Shown: positions 28,440-38,677, counted from the stretch's first letter. The stretch: DNA of 64,000 nt from a virus (IMGVR_UViG_3300029653_000083:74236-138235), one strand, 5' to 3'. Notes: generated from the sequence alone by a model not told the origin. Translations and numbers: made by a program.

Positions 28440-29344
28440 TAGTGTTCCTTCTTTGCGTGGTTTTTTCTACGGATGATGAGAATGGTGATGATGATTACCG
28501 CAAGCCAGAAGCCGCCGACGTACAGCATGAGCCATTGGTTCGTGTGGTCTTTCGGCGCGTTTTCGGGTTTGGGCGCGGGGTGTGGCATGCTGGCGCGCGT
28601 GCCGGTCACCAAGAGTCGCTTGTTGTTGATGCCGTATGGCGTGCAGGTCAATAGTGTGGAGAGGTCTTTTCCGGCGACGATTTTCAGTTTAGAAAAGTCG
28701 GATGGGTCTACCACACTAATATCCGTGACCTTGTAAGCGAGCATATGTCCGGCGGTTATCAAATAGAAGACGTCTCCCTTTTTGGCTTCACTGCCGAAGC
28801 CTCGCAGCTTGTCGAACATGAGCTGGTCGGCCAAACCCGTGTGAGCGGATATGACAGTATGCGTGTTCTTGCCACCGACGGGGAGACTGGAACCGTATAA
28901 GTGTCCAGCTCCAGCGGCCAACACATTTTGCGACGTGCCATGCCGGATGGGCAGGTTGATGCCCAAGCGTGGATATTTGATGGTAGCCATGACCCCATCC
29001 TTGGGGGTGGATAGTTGCTTCCGATACGTGTTGTCCGTTTCGGACTTGTTGACGCCCGTCCAAGGGTCTTCCGCCTCACCAAGAATGGGCTGGCCTTCCT
29101 CGTATAGGCGTTGATTGTAGGCTTGCGCGTCCGCATACTCTTGGGCGATTCGTTTCACGTCAGTGTTTTCCACGGCTTGCGCGTGGGAGTCGGTCAACCG
29201 GTTGGATTGGCTGCTGTTCGAAATCATGAGAATGAATGGGATGGTTCCGGACAGGGCGGATAGGATTAGGCAGAGAAGTCCCGCTATGGCTCGATTTCCC
29301 AAGCCTTTCGGTTTCGCCGTATGTTTTCCCAAAACCCCTCCCAT
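28439..29344 (-). CDS. class C (pilus-associated) sortase
   Basis: DPW lid motif, His motif ISAHTG, catalytic TLLTCTPYG, C-terminal TM anchor. Confidence 0.85.
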   Translation of the reverse strand: MGGVLGKHTAKPKGLGNRAIAGLLCLILSALSGTIPFILMISNSSQSNRLTDSHAQAVENTDVKRIAQEYADAQAYNQRLYEEGQPILGEAEDPWTGVNKSETDNTYRKQLSTPKDGVMATIKYPRLGINLPIRHGTSQNVLAAGAGHLYGSSLPVGGKNTHTVISAHTGLADQLMFDKLRGFGSEAKKGDVFYLITAGHMLAYKVTDISVVDPSDFSKLKIVAGKDLSTLLTCTPYGINNKRLLVTGTRASMPHPAPKPENAPKDHTNQWLMLYVGGFWLAVIIITILIIRRKNHAKKEH

Positions 29345-29451
29345 GCGGTTATAAAGAATCTAAAAAGTGGCGTGTCGATATTTGGGTTCCCGACACGCCA
29401 AGCGGAACATTTCATGCTTTTCCAACCGTCAAACGGTCAGAAAAGTTTTCT

Positions 29452-29479
29452 CATACGGCAGTATTCCAATCTCCAATCT
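29452..29479 (-). promoter_or_regulatory. conserved element motif 2, copy c
   Basis: GATTGGAGATTGGAATACTGCCGTATGA (gene orientation), ~115 nt upstream of sortase start, overlapping pilin 3' end. Confidence 0.45.
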
Positions 29480-31209
29480 CACGCCTTGCGACGAAGCAGC
29501 AGGGCGGAAGCGCCAGCCAACAGGACGGTCATCACGCCGAAGATGGACAGCCAGACCGCACCGGTCTTCGGCATGTCAGCGATGTTGCGGGCGTTGATGA
29601 CGGTCACTCCATCGTCACTGGTCTTGGAGGCCAGATGGTTGGCATCATCCTTGAACTTGGTGAGGGACGAAGTGCTGGTGTTATGGTCTTTGGACTGGGC
29701 CACGCCAACGGTCAGAGTGAACTCCGGCAGAATGCTGCCGCCGAACGGACTCTTGGTTTCAGTCACCGTGTAGGCACCGTACAAGCCCTTCAAGGTGATG
29801 ACGCCATTGTTCTTATCGGTGGTGGTGATGTCGGCGCTTGCGGTAGCGGCCTCAGTCGAGTCGGCAACACGATACTCGTTATCACCCACCTTGACGAACT
29901 TGACGATATTGCTCTTGGCATCCTTGATGTTGAACACGGCACCCGCGAGCGGAGCATTGTTCGTATCGGTCTTGGTCAGAGTGAACTTGCCGACGTACAC
30001 GTAGTTGGTGTCGCCCGGAGTCTTCTCATGGTCGGTGACGGTGTTCGGATTATGGGAGTATTCGACCTCGCTCGTGTTGGTGTCAACACCGTCCACGTGG
30101 GCGTTCTTGTTCACGGTCATGTCATAAGTGACAAGCACTTCCGCATCGACCGGGAACGTGGTCTTGGCGGCGATGATGTCGGAAGAACCATCAGCGGTCG
30201 GGGCGAACAGGATATGGAACTTGCCCGCCTCGGTCGTCACCTTGTAATCCTTGCCAGCAGTCAAAGCCTTACCACCGACAGTGACATTCACACTATCCGG
30301 GTTGAAAGTCAGACCATCCGAATACGTATCGTTGAGCGCATAATAATAATGGTCGTAGCCAGTCCAAACAGGCACCGCGCCGCCCATCGTGAAAGAGACC
30401 TTCTTGCCGATGGAGGTCTTGGCTACCGCATAATATTTCTTCCCTGCTTGGCGAGCCCCCTCATCCTCATGGTCCTCACCGATTTTCTCATCCACATCAC
30501 CATTCTCAACAGAGGTGATAGCCTTCCTGACTGCGGCGTCATGCACCTTATAGTCCACGGTGCCCAGCGTGTAGGTCTTGTCGCCGTTCTTCAACGTGGT
30601 CTTGCCGTCGATGCCGGTGCCGTTGAACATGACGATGGACGCCTGACCGGCCGTGGTGGTGTCCACGACCGCATACACGCCCGGACGGACTGATGCGGTC
30701 ATATGCTTGGCGTCGGCGCCCTTGGCGAACGCGGTGCCCTTGTCGCCGGTGACGGCGGCCTCGTTCTTCAACTGGTCGATGAAGTCACGAAGCTTGCCAG
30801 CCCACGGGCTGTTCTCGGAATCAAGGAGATTCTGCACGACCCACACCATCGGATTGGACGCATTATAGTCGTATCCGGCAGTCTGGTCTTTCTTGGACTG
30901 GGTGTCAATATGGGCTTTAGTCAGTGCGTCAGCAATGGCAGAAGCCTTGCCCGCGTCAATCAGGTCAAAGCCGGTAATATTAGTACCATCAGTCTGCGCA
31001 TACGAATAGTAGGCGAGCGGCACAGCCTTCAACGTGCGATTGCTAATATCACCATTAGCAGCGACGGTCAACGTCTGACGAGCAGCCTCACCAAGCTTGG
31101 ATGCGTCAACACGAGTATCAGCCGCCATGGCGGAGCCAACTCCAGCCAAACCCATGGCACCGGCCACAAGCGTGGCGACCGTTGCCTTCAACAGGTTTTT
31201 GGTTTTCAC
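29479..31209 (-). CDS. sortase-dependent pilin / fimbrial subunit (MPKTG sorting signal, E-box)
   Basis: Signal peptide; E-box-like YTVTETKSPFGG; C-terminal ADMPKTG + hydrophobic + RRKA; adjacent class C sortase. Confidence 0.7.
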   Translation of the reverse strand: MKTKNLLKATVATLVAGAMGLAGVGSAMAADTRVDASKLGEAARQTLTVAANGDISNRTLKAVPLAYYSYAQTDGTNITGFDLIDAGKASAIADALTKAHIDTQSKKDQTAGYDYNASNPMVWVVQNLLDSENSPWAGKLRDFIDQLKNEAAVTGDKGTAFAKGADAKHMTASVRPGVYAVVDTTTAGQASIVMFNGTGIDGKTTLKNGDKTYTLGTVDYKVHDAAVRKAITSVENGDVDEKIGEDHEDEGARQAGKKYYAVAKTSIGKKVSFTMGGAVPVWTGYDHYYYALNDTYSDGLTFNPDSVNVTVGGKALTAGKDYKVTTEAGKFHILFAPTADGSSDIIAAKTTFPVDAEVLVTYDMTVNKNAHVDGVDTNTSEVEYSHNPNTVTDHEKTPGDTNYVYVGKFTLTKTDTNNAPLAGAVFNIKDAKSNIVKFVKVGDNEYRVADSTEAATASADITTTDKNNGVITLKGLYGAYTVTETKSPFGGSILPEFTLTVGVAQSKDHNTSTSSLTKFKDDANHLASKTSDDGVTVINARNIADMPKTGAVWLSIFGVMTVLLAGASALLLRRKA

Positions 31210-31388
31210 CTTTGTTTTCCTTTCCTTACTAGACCCGGCGCGCGTTCATTCCTCGAACGGGGTCAATATCGGATTACATTCCTAATATACCGCACGCACC
31301 CTCATTAAAAACCTTGAAAGAATGCTTTCAGCCCTTAAAAATAAGGAGGGCATGGCTTCCCATACCCTCCAACATATCCCTGAACGGG

Positions 31389-32786
31389 TTAGTTTCCGGA
31401 CTGTTCGGAACCTTTCCCACCTAGTGCGGAACCGGCGGCATGACCGGCCACCATACTGTTCAGCAAGGCTTTCAAATCGATGCCCAAGGATTGAGACAAT
31501 CCCTCACTCAACTGGCTCACACTGTTCACCGTGTCGCCCACGAGCTTCGTGCTGTTTCCGTCGCCATACATGGTGATGTGGTCAACCTTGGTGAGCGGTT
31601 CGGCGGCGGCTCGAACCATGTCGGGGAGAATCTGAATGTACTGTTGGGCGAGGATGTACGTGTTGTTCATCGAGTTGTACGCCTCGCCCTGAGCGCGGAT
31701 TGCCTCCGCCTCGCCCACGCCCTTGGCCTGTGCGGCGGAACCTTCAGCCTTGCCTTTGACCTCGGTCGCGTGCGCGTCCGCGTCGGCGGTGGATTGGGTG
31801 GCCTGAGCCTCCTGCTGGCGTAGATACAGTTCCGCATCCGCATGCTTGCGGGTCGTGTACACTTGCGCGTCGGCCTGCTGTTCGGCGGCGTATCTGTCGG
31901 CGTCGGCCTTCTTGCGGATGGTCGCGTTCAGTTTTTGCTCTTCGATTTCGGCGTTCTTCTGTTCGAGGACTGCCTTCTTTTCGGCGGCGGCGATTTCCGC
32001 CTCCTGCTCCTTGACCTTGAGGGTCTTGGACTGTTCGGCGGCGGTGATGCCCTTCACCGCGTCAGCCTCGGCCTGCGCCTTGTCGGAGATGGATTGGAGT
32101 TCGGCTCGTTTCAGGTCGAGCTGGTTCTGACGGACGGCCACATCCTGTTCCGCGTTGATGGACGCGAGCTTCGCATTCCGGCTGATTTCGGCGGCCATTT
32201 CAGCGCCCATGTTGGCGATGACGTTCTGACGGTCGGTGAAGTCTTGAATGTTGAACGTGGTCAATTGAAGGCCAAGCCGTTCCATGTCCACGCGGGCGGA
32301 TTCGGCCACGGTCGCAGCGAACGTGTCCCTGTTCTCCATGAGCTCCTTCAACTCGGTCTTGCCGATGACCTCGCGCAGCTTGCCCAAAAGCACCTGCGTC
32401 ACGTCCTTCTCCATGCGCTCCTTGGACTGGTTCAGATAGTTCTTGGCGGCGTTCTCCAACGCCTTCACCTGTTTACCGTTCTCGTCCACGGTCATGGTCT
32501 CGGATGCTATCTGGAAGTTCGCGACGGCGTTCACGTCGATGAGGATTGCGTCCTTCGTCGGAATCGGCGTGTCGGTTCTCAGGAGCGACTGCACCGCTCC
32601 GAGGGAGAGCTAGTCCACGCGCATGATGAAGGGTATGATGAACGCGCTTCCGCCGGAAACGAAGCGTCGTCCACCCGGCCCGGTGATGACCATGACTCGG
32701 TCGGCGGGGCAGACCTTGTAGCTTGCGGTTGCGAGCAGGATGATGAGTATCGCCACTGCCGCGACGATTATCAATGTTGTTGGCAT
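31389..32786 (-). pseudogene. flotillin / SPFH (band 7) family protein interrupted by in-frame TAG at ~32610-32612
   Basis: N-terminal TM + SPFH start (MPTTLIIVAAVAIL..GGSAFIIPFIMRVD) is in the same frame as ORF 31389..32594 (LSLGAVQSLLRTDTPIPTKDAILIDV..); separated only by one amber codon. Confidence 0.6.
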
Positions 32787-32837
32787 TGACTTTTTCCTTT
32801 CTTTTTTGTGGGAGTACCCACTATGACAGAACTTGTT

Positions 32838-34178
32838 TCAGAACTCGTTTTCGAAACCTGCGGCCATGTCCGCGAATTTGGAGCATTCGCCCATGAACGC
32901 AAGGTTGAACGTTTCGGTAGGCCCGTTGCGATGTTTGGCGAGAATCACGTCGGCTTCGCCCGGACGTTCCTCACGGTCGTAGTATTCGGGACGATGCACG
33001 AGAAACACCATGTCGGCGTCCTGTTCGATGGAACCGGACTCTCGCAGGTCGGACAGTTCCGGCTTCTTGTCGGCACGCTGTTCCGCATTACGGTTCAACT
33101 GGGACAGCACGACCACGGGACATTGCAGTTCCTTGGCGAGCATTTTGCATTGGCGGGAGAAGTTCGACACTTCCTGCTGACGGTTCTCGACGGTTTTACC
33201 GGAGGACATGAGTTGCAGGTAGTCGATGACGATAAGCTTCAACCCGTTGACCTTGCGGCTGAGAGCACGGCATTTCGCACGGATGGTGCTCATGTTGATG
33301 ATGGCGGAATCATCAACCCACAATGGTGCCTTCTCGACCTGATGGCAGAGCGCGTTGAGTTTGTTCCAATCATTCGAGTTCAGATTCTCGGGATGTTGGA
33401 ACGATGCGAGACGGATGCCTGTTTCGGCTGCGAACATGCGTTGCATGAGTTCGTGACCGCCCATTTCCAGACTGAAAATCACAGTCGGCAGACCCTTGTG
33501 CAGTGCGGCGTTACGCGCGAAATCCATGCCGAGAGTACTCTTGCCCATGCCCGGACGTCCCGCGACTATGACCATTTGTCCGGCTTGCAATCCGTGTGTC
33601 AACGCGTCGATGTCACGGAAGCCGGTGGGTGTTCCGAACTCGTTCGGATTCTGTGACATTTCATCCAACTGTTGGAGCATTTCGTCGGACAGACGGTATG
33701 CGGTCTTCAACTCGTCGTCTTCGGAACGACTCGAATCCTCCAACGAGAACGCGGCCTCCAACGACTTGCTGAGCACATCTTCGGCTGACGCGTCGGACAC
33801 GTTGCTCATCTGCTGCAACTGTTGTCCGACCACGTTGATGTGGCGGAGGATGGCCGCGTCACGAATCTGCTTGATGAAATAGTCACTGTTGTTCGACGTG
33901 GGCGCGGAGCCGACAAGCTGGGCGATATAGTCGATACCGCCGACCTGTTCCAACTGTCCGTTGTCCATCATGTGCGAGGACAGCATTTGCGCGTCCACAC
34001 GGTTATTGTCTGCGGCCAGTTCCTTTATATTATGAAAGATGGTCTGGTTGGTCGGCTGGTAGAAGTCCTCTTCGGAAAGTTGGCTGATGACCTTGTCCAA
34101 CGTTTCCGAGTCTTGAAGCATGGCCCCCAACAATACTTGTTCGGCCATATCCTTGTGGATTGGTGTGGGGACGCTCAC
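32838..34178 (-). CDS. dnaB: replicative DNA helicase DnaB
   Basis: Walker A GRPGMGKST, Walker B LIVIDYLQLM, RecA-like C-domain and DnaB N-domain. Confidence 0.9.
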   Translation of the reverse strand: MSVPTPIHKDMAEQVLLGAMLQDSETLDKVISQLSEEDFYQPTNQTIFHNIKELAADNNRVDAQMLSSHMMDNGQLEQVGGIDYIAQLVGSAPTSNNSDYFIKQIRDAAILRHINVVGQQLQQMSNVSDASAEDVLSKSLEAAFSLEDSSRSEDDELKTAYRLSDEMLQQLDEMSQNPNEFGTPTGFRDIDALTHGLQAGQMVIVAGRPGMGKSTLGMDFARNAALHKGLPTVIFSLEMGGHELMQRMFAAETGIRLASFQHPENLNSNDWNKLNALCHQVEKAPLWVDDSAIINMSTIRAKCRALSRKVNGLKLIVIDYLQLMSSGKTVENRQQEVSNFSRQCKMLAKELQCPVVVLSQLNRNAEQRADKKPELSDLRESGSIEQDADMVFLVHRPEYYDREERPGEADVILAKHRNGPTETFNLAFMGECSKFADMAAGFENEF

Positions 34179-34552
34179 TTGTCGCCGTTCTCCTTCTTGC
34201 CGGTGTTGGTCTGATTCTTGTTCAACGTCTCATACAGGCGGTGTTCCGCTTGCCAACGTTTGACACGGGATTTGCTGGGATGGTTGACCCACCGGTATAC
34301 GCAACGTTCTATGCGCTTGTATCCGAGGACTTCCGGCCCGAGATTGTGACTGCGGAATATCTCCGAGGGACGTTCCCCTTGCAGATATCGGAGGGTCACT
34401 TCGTCTTGGAATTGGGTGGTGAAGATTACCCACCATCCGTGCTTGTTTTTCAAGACGTTGACGACTTCCGGTCGTCTTCCCAAGGCCAAAGCCTCGTCTG
34501 CGGTCAGAAGCTTCGCCGGGGATGTGTTCGGTTTTTTCGGTTTTTCGACCAT
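34175..34552 (-). CDS. hypothetical protein (possible HTH)
   Basis: ORF track; 4-nt overlap with dnaB. Confidence 0.5.
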   Translation of the reverse strand: MVEKPKKPNTSPAKLLTADEALALGRRPEVVNVLKNKHGWWVIFTTQFQDEVTLRYLQGERPSEIFRSHNLGPEVLGYKRIERCVYRWVNHPSKSRVKRWQAEHRLYETLNKNQTNTGKKENGDK

Positions 34553-34574
34553 GCTTTGTTTGTCCTTTCCAAGG

Positions 34575-36338
34575 TCAGATTGCGTCCGGGAACTGTTCGT
34601 TCGGAGAGAATTTGAGGAGTTTCACAGTCGCTCCCTCACGCCATTTGTTCCACGCTTTGATGGTGATTCCGACGATGCGTCGGCGGGTTGGACGGTCGCT
34701 GTGCGCTCCACGCTTGTTGATGTCGAACAGCGTGTTGCGGAGTACGAGAATGGGGCTTCCCTCGTCAAGGTTGGCGCCGGTGGCGAGCATGTCGAAGAAC
34801 CGTTCGCACGCCTCACCGTCGATTTCGTTGAACGTCCAGTAGAGGAGCGCGGCCATGCTGATGGACATGAGATGGTTGCTTTTCGTGTAGAACGTGCTGG
34901 CCTGTCGTAGCGTATCCTCCAATTGCGGAGTGCTTTCGATGAATGCCAACAGTTCATTTCGGGTCGGTGACATGTTGTTGACGCATGCGGCTTCCACACC
35001 CAACTGTTCGCTCAGATAGATGGAACGGGCCACGGTGGAAAGCTGTTTGGCGTTGTTACGGCCTTTCAGTTCGAGCACGTTAGCCATGGTGCGGCTCTTG
35101 CCCGCATCCATGGTCTCCTGCGTGTCTTCGGGCAGTCCGCGAATGACCAGAGTGCGGAACGGAACACCGGATTCGACGCATGCGAGGAGCCTGTGCTGGC
35201 CGTCCAACAAGCGTCCCGTGTTGCTGAATTTGATGGCTTCGCCGTTCATTTTCCAAGCCTTCTGCGCCATGGTTCGGGCGAACAGTTCGACCTGTGTGCG
35301 GCTCACGTTGCGGTTGTTGGTGTTCACGCCGAGCATTTCCTTGGCAACGTCCGGAGTGATGGTTTCGACCCGTCCGGTGATGCTATCCCAATCGTATTCG
35401 TCGGTTTCACCGGCATAGGATGGCGTGGCCTTGGGTGCTGGCTCTTCCGGTTTCAAATGGATGAGCAACGTGGTTTTCGGAGCGCCGGAATGACGTCTGA
35501 TTTCGGTTTTCGGTGGTTTCACTTCGACCGTCTCGTACTGTTCGGATTCCTCGACCTGATTCATGGCGAACGCGAACGCTGTCATGGTGAAAGCGAGCAT
35601 GAACCTGTCCACGCTACGTTTCGGAGGGAACTGTCTCATCCCGTCGATGATGCGGGTGGCGTCCGAATGGGTGATGTATGGGCAGTGGTTCACAACCGTG
35701 TCCAGTCCGTCCTCGTATTCCTTATGGGTGAGGAAGACGAATGGTGCGAGGGGAGTACGCGCCTGTGCCATTCCCCTGAAGCATTGGCCGACCTCATTGT
35801 AGATTTCACCAACCTGACGGTAACGTGAAACAGTGTCGATGCCGTACTCGTCCACGGGATTCGTGTACTCGTATTCGTTGCTTTTGAAGATGCGTTCGTT
35901 GTATCGACTGGCTTCGCGTAGTCCGGGGCAACGTCCGAAACCGAGTGTGGTTCCGCTGCTTTTCGTACCGTCAGTCCGTTTCAGATTGTTCTTGCTCAGC
36001 CAGTAGGCTTCCATGTCCGCGATGAATGTTTTCGCCGCGACTTTCTTGTCGAGGTTTCGTCCGGTCATACGGGCGAAGTATTCGCCTTCGACGCCGGTGA
36101 GTACCGGCAGTCCGGTTCCGACGAACAGATTATCAGGCAGTAGGCCGTACCATTCGGGGTTGATTTCATGGTCGCTCATGTAGGAGAGAATCCGTCCTAC
36201 GCTGTCACGGTCGATGAACACGGTTCGCGCGTTGGCGAACGGGTCAACGTCGAGATTCAACGCCTTGCATGTCGGGAGGAGGTCTTTCTGAATCATGGTC
36301 ATGAACCGTGGTTCGGTTTTAATGTCTTTATTAGGCAT
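34575..36338 (-). CDS. ParB/sulfiredoxin-domain protein (587 aa)
   Basis: C-terminal half carries ParB-N-like motif FSNTGRLLDGQHRLLA; N-terminal half unassigned. Confidence 0.55.
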   Translation of the reverse strand: MPNKDIKTEPRFMTMIQKDLLPTCKALNLDVDPFANARTVFIDRDSVGRILSYMSDHEINPEWYGLLPDNLFVGTGLPVLTGVEGEYFARMTGRNLDKKVAAKTFIADMEAYWLSKNNLKRTDGTKSSGTTLGFGRCPGLREASRYNERIFKSNEYEYTNPVDEYGIDTVSRYRQVGEIYNEVGQCFRGMAQARTPLAPFVFLTHKEYEDGLDTVVNHCPYITHSDATRIIDGMRQFPPKRSVDRFMLAFTMTAFAFAMNQVEESEQYETVEVKPPKTEIRRHSGAPKTTLLIHLKPEEPAPKATPSYAGETDEYDWDSITGRVETITPDVAKEMLGVNTNNRNVSRTQVELFARTMAQKAWKMNGEAIKFSNTGRLLDGQHRLLACVESGVPFRTLVIRGLPEDTQETMDAGKSRTMANVLELKGRNNAKQLSTVARSIYLSEQLGVEAACVNNMSPTRNELLAFIESTPQLEDTLRQASTFYTKSNHLMSISMAALLYWTFNEIDGEACERFFDMLATGANLDEGSPILVLRNTLFDINKRGAHSDRPTRRRIVGITIKAWNKWREGATVKLLKFSPNEQFPDAI

Positions 36339-36882
36339 GGTTTCCTTCCTTCAATCGTTTCAGCATCCGGTAGGTTTTGGGAGCGCAACCGGATGGATTG
36401 TGTTCCTCTTTCCGATACTGTTTTTCGAGTTCGCTCCAATGGTCGATGATGGTTTTCCAATCGTCCGACACGTCGCGCATGAGACTCAGATAGGCACGTG
36501 CGACTGGCACCATGTCGAACATTCCGAGTATCCGACGTAGGTCTCCGGGGTCTTTCGGAGTGTCCTCGCAACCATGTTCGCGCGTGCCGTTCACGGTCAT
36601 TGTGATTCCGGTGAGCCGTTGGACGATGGCGAGCGAGCTGAGGCCCACGTCACCGTTGGCGAGCCATGCGGCGAACAGTTCCAACGGAAGTCTGGGACTG
36701 TCCGTCATGCCGTCGGAGGCTGGGTTGAGGTTGGCAACGAGCCTGTTCTTCGGAACGTCCGCGATGATGTCCGGCTGGGTTTCGGAGTCGGGCATCCGAC
36801 CGTAGACGAGATGGTTATTGACGAGTATGGACGGTTGTCGGCCACCATATACGCCGATGGTGCAAACGGTGTCTTCGACCAT
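36331..36882 (-). CDS. hypothetical protein
   Basis: ORF track; 8-nt overlap with downstream gene. Confidence 0.5.
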   Translation of the reverse strand: MVEDTVCTIGVYGGRQPSILVNNHLVYGRMPDSETQPDIIADVPKNRLVANLNPASDGMTDSPRLPLELFAAWLANGDVGLSSLAIVQRLTGITMTVNGTREHGCEDTPKDPGDLRRILGMFDMVPVARAYLSLMRDVSDDWKTIIDHWSELEKQYRKEEHNPSGCAPKTYRMLKRLKEGNHA

Positions 36883-36885
36883 GGT

Positions 36886-37110
36886 TCACGCTTCCATCCA
36901 GTGGATGCTTTCGTTGAGGAAGTCTCTGATTTTGCGGAGGGTTTCTATGTCGTTGACGACGACGCTGGTCGCGGTGTCGCTGTCGGTGATGGTGAACATG
37001 AGTTCCTTGCCGAAGCTGGGGGATTGGAGGATGGTGAGCTTGTTTGTTCCCTCGTTGTCGATGACTTGGAGTGTGGATGTGTTGCCGTTGTCGTATTTGG
37101 TTGCGCTCAT
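36886..37110 (-). CDS. hypothetical protein
   Basis: ORF track. Confidence 0.45.
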   Translation of the reverse strand: MSATKYDNGNTSTLQVIDNEGTNKLTILQSPSFGKELMFTITDSDTATSVVVNDIETLRKIRDFLNESIHWMEA

Positions 37111-37237
37111 TGTTTCTGTGGTCTTTCCCGTTCTTGTGGAATGTTTTGTGTGGGCGAGGTCAGCTTAACACATTAGGTGGGGGTGTGCAACCGTTCGGGG
37201 ATTCGCGGTCGGATGATTTGCGTTCGACCATACCCTT

Positions 37238-37264
37238 TGTTATACTGGAATCGTCCACAAAAAA
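37238..37264 (+). promoter_or_regulatory. motif 1 (plus orientation)
   Basis: tgttatactggaatcgtccacaaaaaa in divergent intergenic region. Confidence 0.5.
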
Positions 37265-37310
37265 AGGGAGCCACACACTCCCAACCACGCCAGAAAAAAA
37301 AGAAGAAACC

Positions 37311-37487
37311 ATGAGCAAACAGACGGAAAACAACATCAACCTGACATTGACACTCATCACAATCGTCAGCGCACTCCTCATGTGGAGACAGGATTACGGC
37401 CACGTGGTAATGGCAATCACCAGCATCACATTTCTACTCAGCTCCACCGCACTGTTCGCTCACTTCATCAAGAAACTCGACGCCTAA
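37311..37487 (+). CDS. small membrane protein (2 TM, 58 aa)
   Basis: Internal ATG (MSKQTENNINLTLTLITIV..) downstream of motif 1. Confidence 0.4.
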   Translation: MSKQTENNINLTLTLITIVSALLMWRQDYGHVVMAITSITFLLSSTALFAHFIKKLDA

Positions 37488-37557
37488 AAAACAAAAAGGA
37501 ATGCCCCAGCCCGAACGGACTGGGGCATAGGCATGTTCGCAAGAACGAAGGAAACCA

Positions 37558-37938
37558 ATGGACGATAAAAACAACACCGAACGAGAGCCGAGAACCGAAG
37601 TGGAACGACTCCTGTTCAAAAACGAACGCATGCAGGACGCGTTACTCAGCCTCAAGGACACCATGAGCAGAATGATTGGCGAAGGCCGACTGCCAAACGA
37701 CGACGAGGTACACCAATGGTTTGAGGGAATCGACCGCAAACTCGAACACGAGGCCGCTGACCGTGAGGTGTTGCTGTTCAACCATGGGGCCATGACCACA
37801 GTGCTCCCGAAGTCCACTGAACGATACCAACCCGACCTTCAAGTCCGATATCAGGAAATTCTCACCACATGCAACAAAGCGTATGCGGACGCCGACTACA
37901 AATATTGGATTGGCCGTTTCCAACAGGCCGGACTCTGA
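37558..37938 (+). CDS. hypothetical protein
   Basis: ORF track. Confidence 0.5.
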   Translation: MDDKNNTEREPRTEVERLLFKNERMQDALLSLKDTMSRMIGEGRLPNDDEVHQWFEGIDRKLEHEAADREVLLFNHGAMTTVLPKSTERYQPDLQVRYQEILTTCNKAYADADYKYWIGRFQQAGL

Positions 37939-37997
37939 CCTGAAAAACGCAATCCGAGCACAGTGGACAACACTGAAAGGAGTATTCGGACAGGACA

Positions 37998-38339
37998 ATG
38001 CCGGAAACCATACAGACATACCATCCAACGTTCGAGAAGGCCAAGAAGCTCTTCAACCTGCGTAAAAGATTGTGGGAGATAGCCGACGGTAAAAGCGACG
38101 GAACAATCTCATATGAGGAGGCGAACCATCTCGCCGTGGACGCGGTGGCGACCGCCAACGGAGGAATGCCACGCGCCACGAGCGGCCCCATGGTACGACT
38201 CTGCAAGCTTTGCACCAACGGTTGGATTCGTGAAGCGGCAAACGAGATGGGCTTGGTTTACCCGGACTTGGACTGCCCGGAACGGTGGGGCAAACATCGA
38301 GACCATAGCCGTAAAAAGGAAAGGAAGGCAACGGTTTGA
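37998..38339 (+). CDS. hypothetical protein, tandem paralog B1
   Basis: Shares C-terminal CTNGWIREAANEMGLVYPDLDCPERW with the next gene (CENGWIREAVRKIPELYPYLDHPDLW). Confidence 0.5.
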   Translation: MPETIQTYHPTFEKAKKLFNLRKRLWEIADGKSDGTISYEEANHLAVDAVATANGGMPRATSGPMVRLCKLCTNGWIREAANEMGLVYPDLDCPERWGKHRDHSRKKERKATV

Positions 38340-38677
38340 GCGGCAACGGATTCGGCAAGGAAGACATAAGCAGAACAGCCATTCCGGCACGCCCATACGC
38401 CAAGGATATGGCTACCATCAACCGTCTGATAGCAAGGTTGCAAACCATTTCGGACGATAAGGCCAAAGGGAAAATCACATTCCAACAGGCGAACAAGAAG
38501 GCTGTGGAAGCAATCCACAAGGCACGGAACACCAAGTCGAAGTCCCTGCAACGCAAGCCATTAGATTATTTAGAACGTATCTGCGAGAACGGTTGGATTC
38601 GGGAAGCTGTGCGAAAGATTCCCGAACTGTACCCGTATCTCGACCATCCAGATTTGTGGCTTCGTAAAGGCGTCTGA
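38336..38677 (+). CDS. hypothetical protein, tandem paralog B2
   Basis: See B1; ATGA overlap. Confidence 0.5.
   Translation: MSGNGFGKEDISRTAIPARPYAKDMATINRLIARLQTISDDKAKGKITFQQANKKAVEAIHKARNTKSKSLQRKPLDYLERICENGWIREAVRKIPELYPYLDHPDLWLRKGV

Noticed and set aside
23157-28476. Numerous plus-strand ORFs (e.g. 23157..23771, 25969..26526, 29236..30693, 31842..32789, 32808..33656)
   Set aside because: All are antisense to long, well-supported minus-strand genes (adhesin, pilin, flotillin, dnaB) and have Arg/Gly/Val-rich wrong-frame composition.
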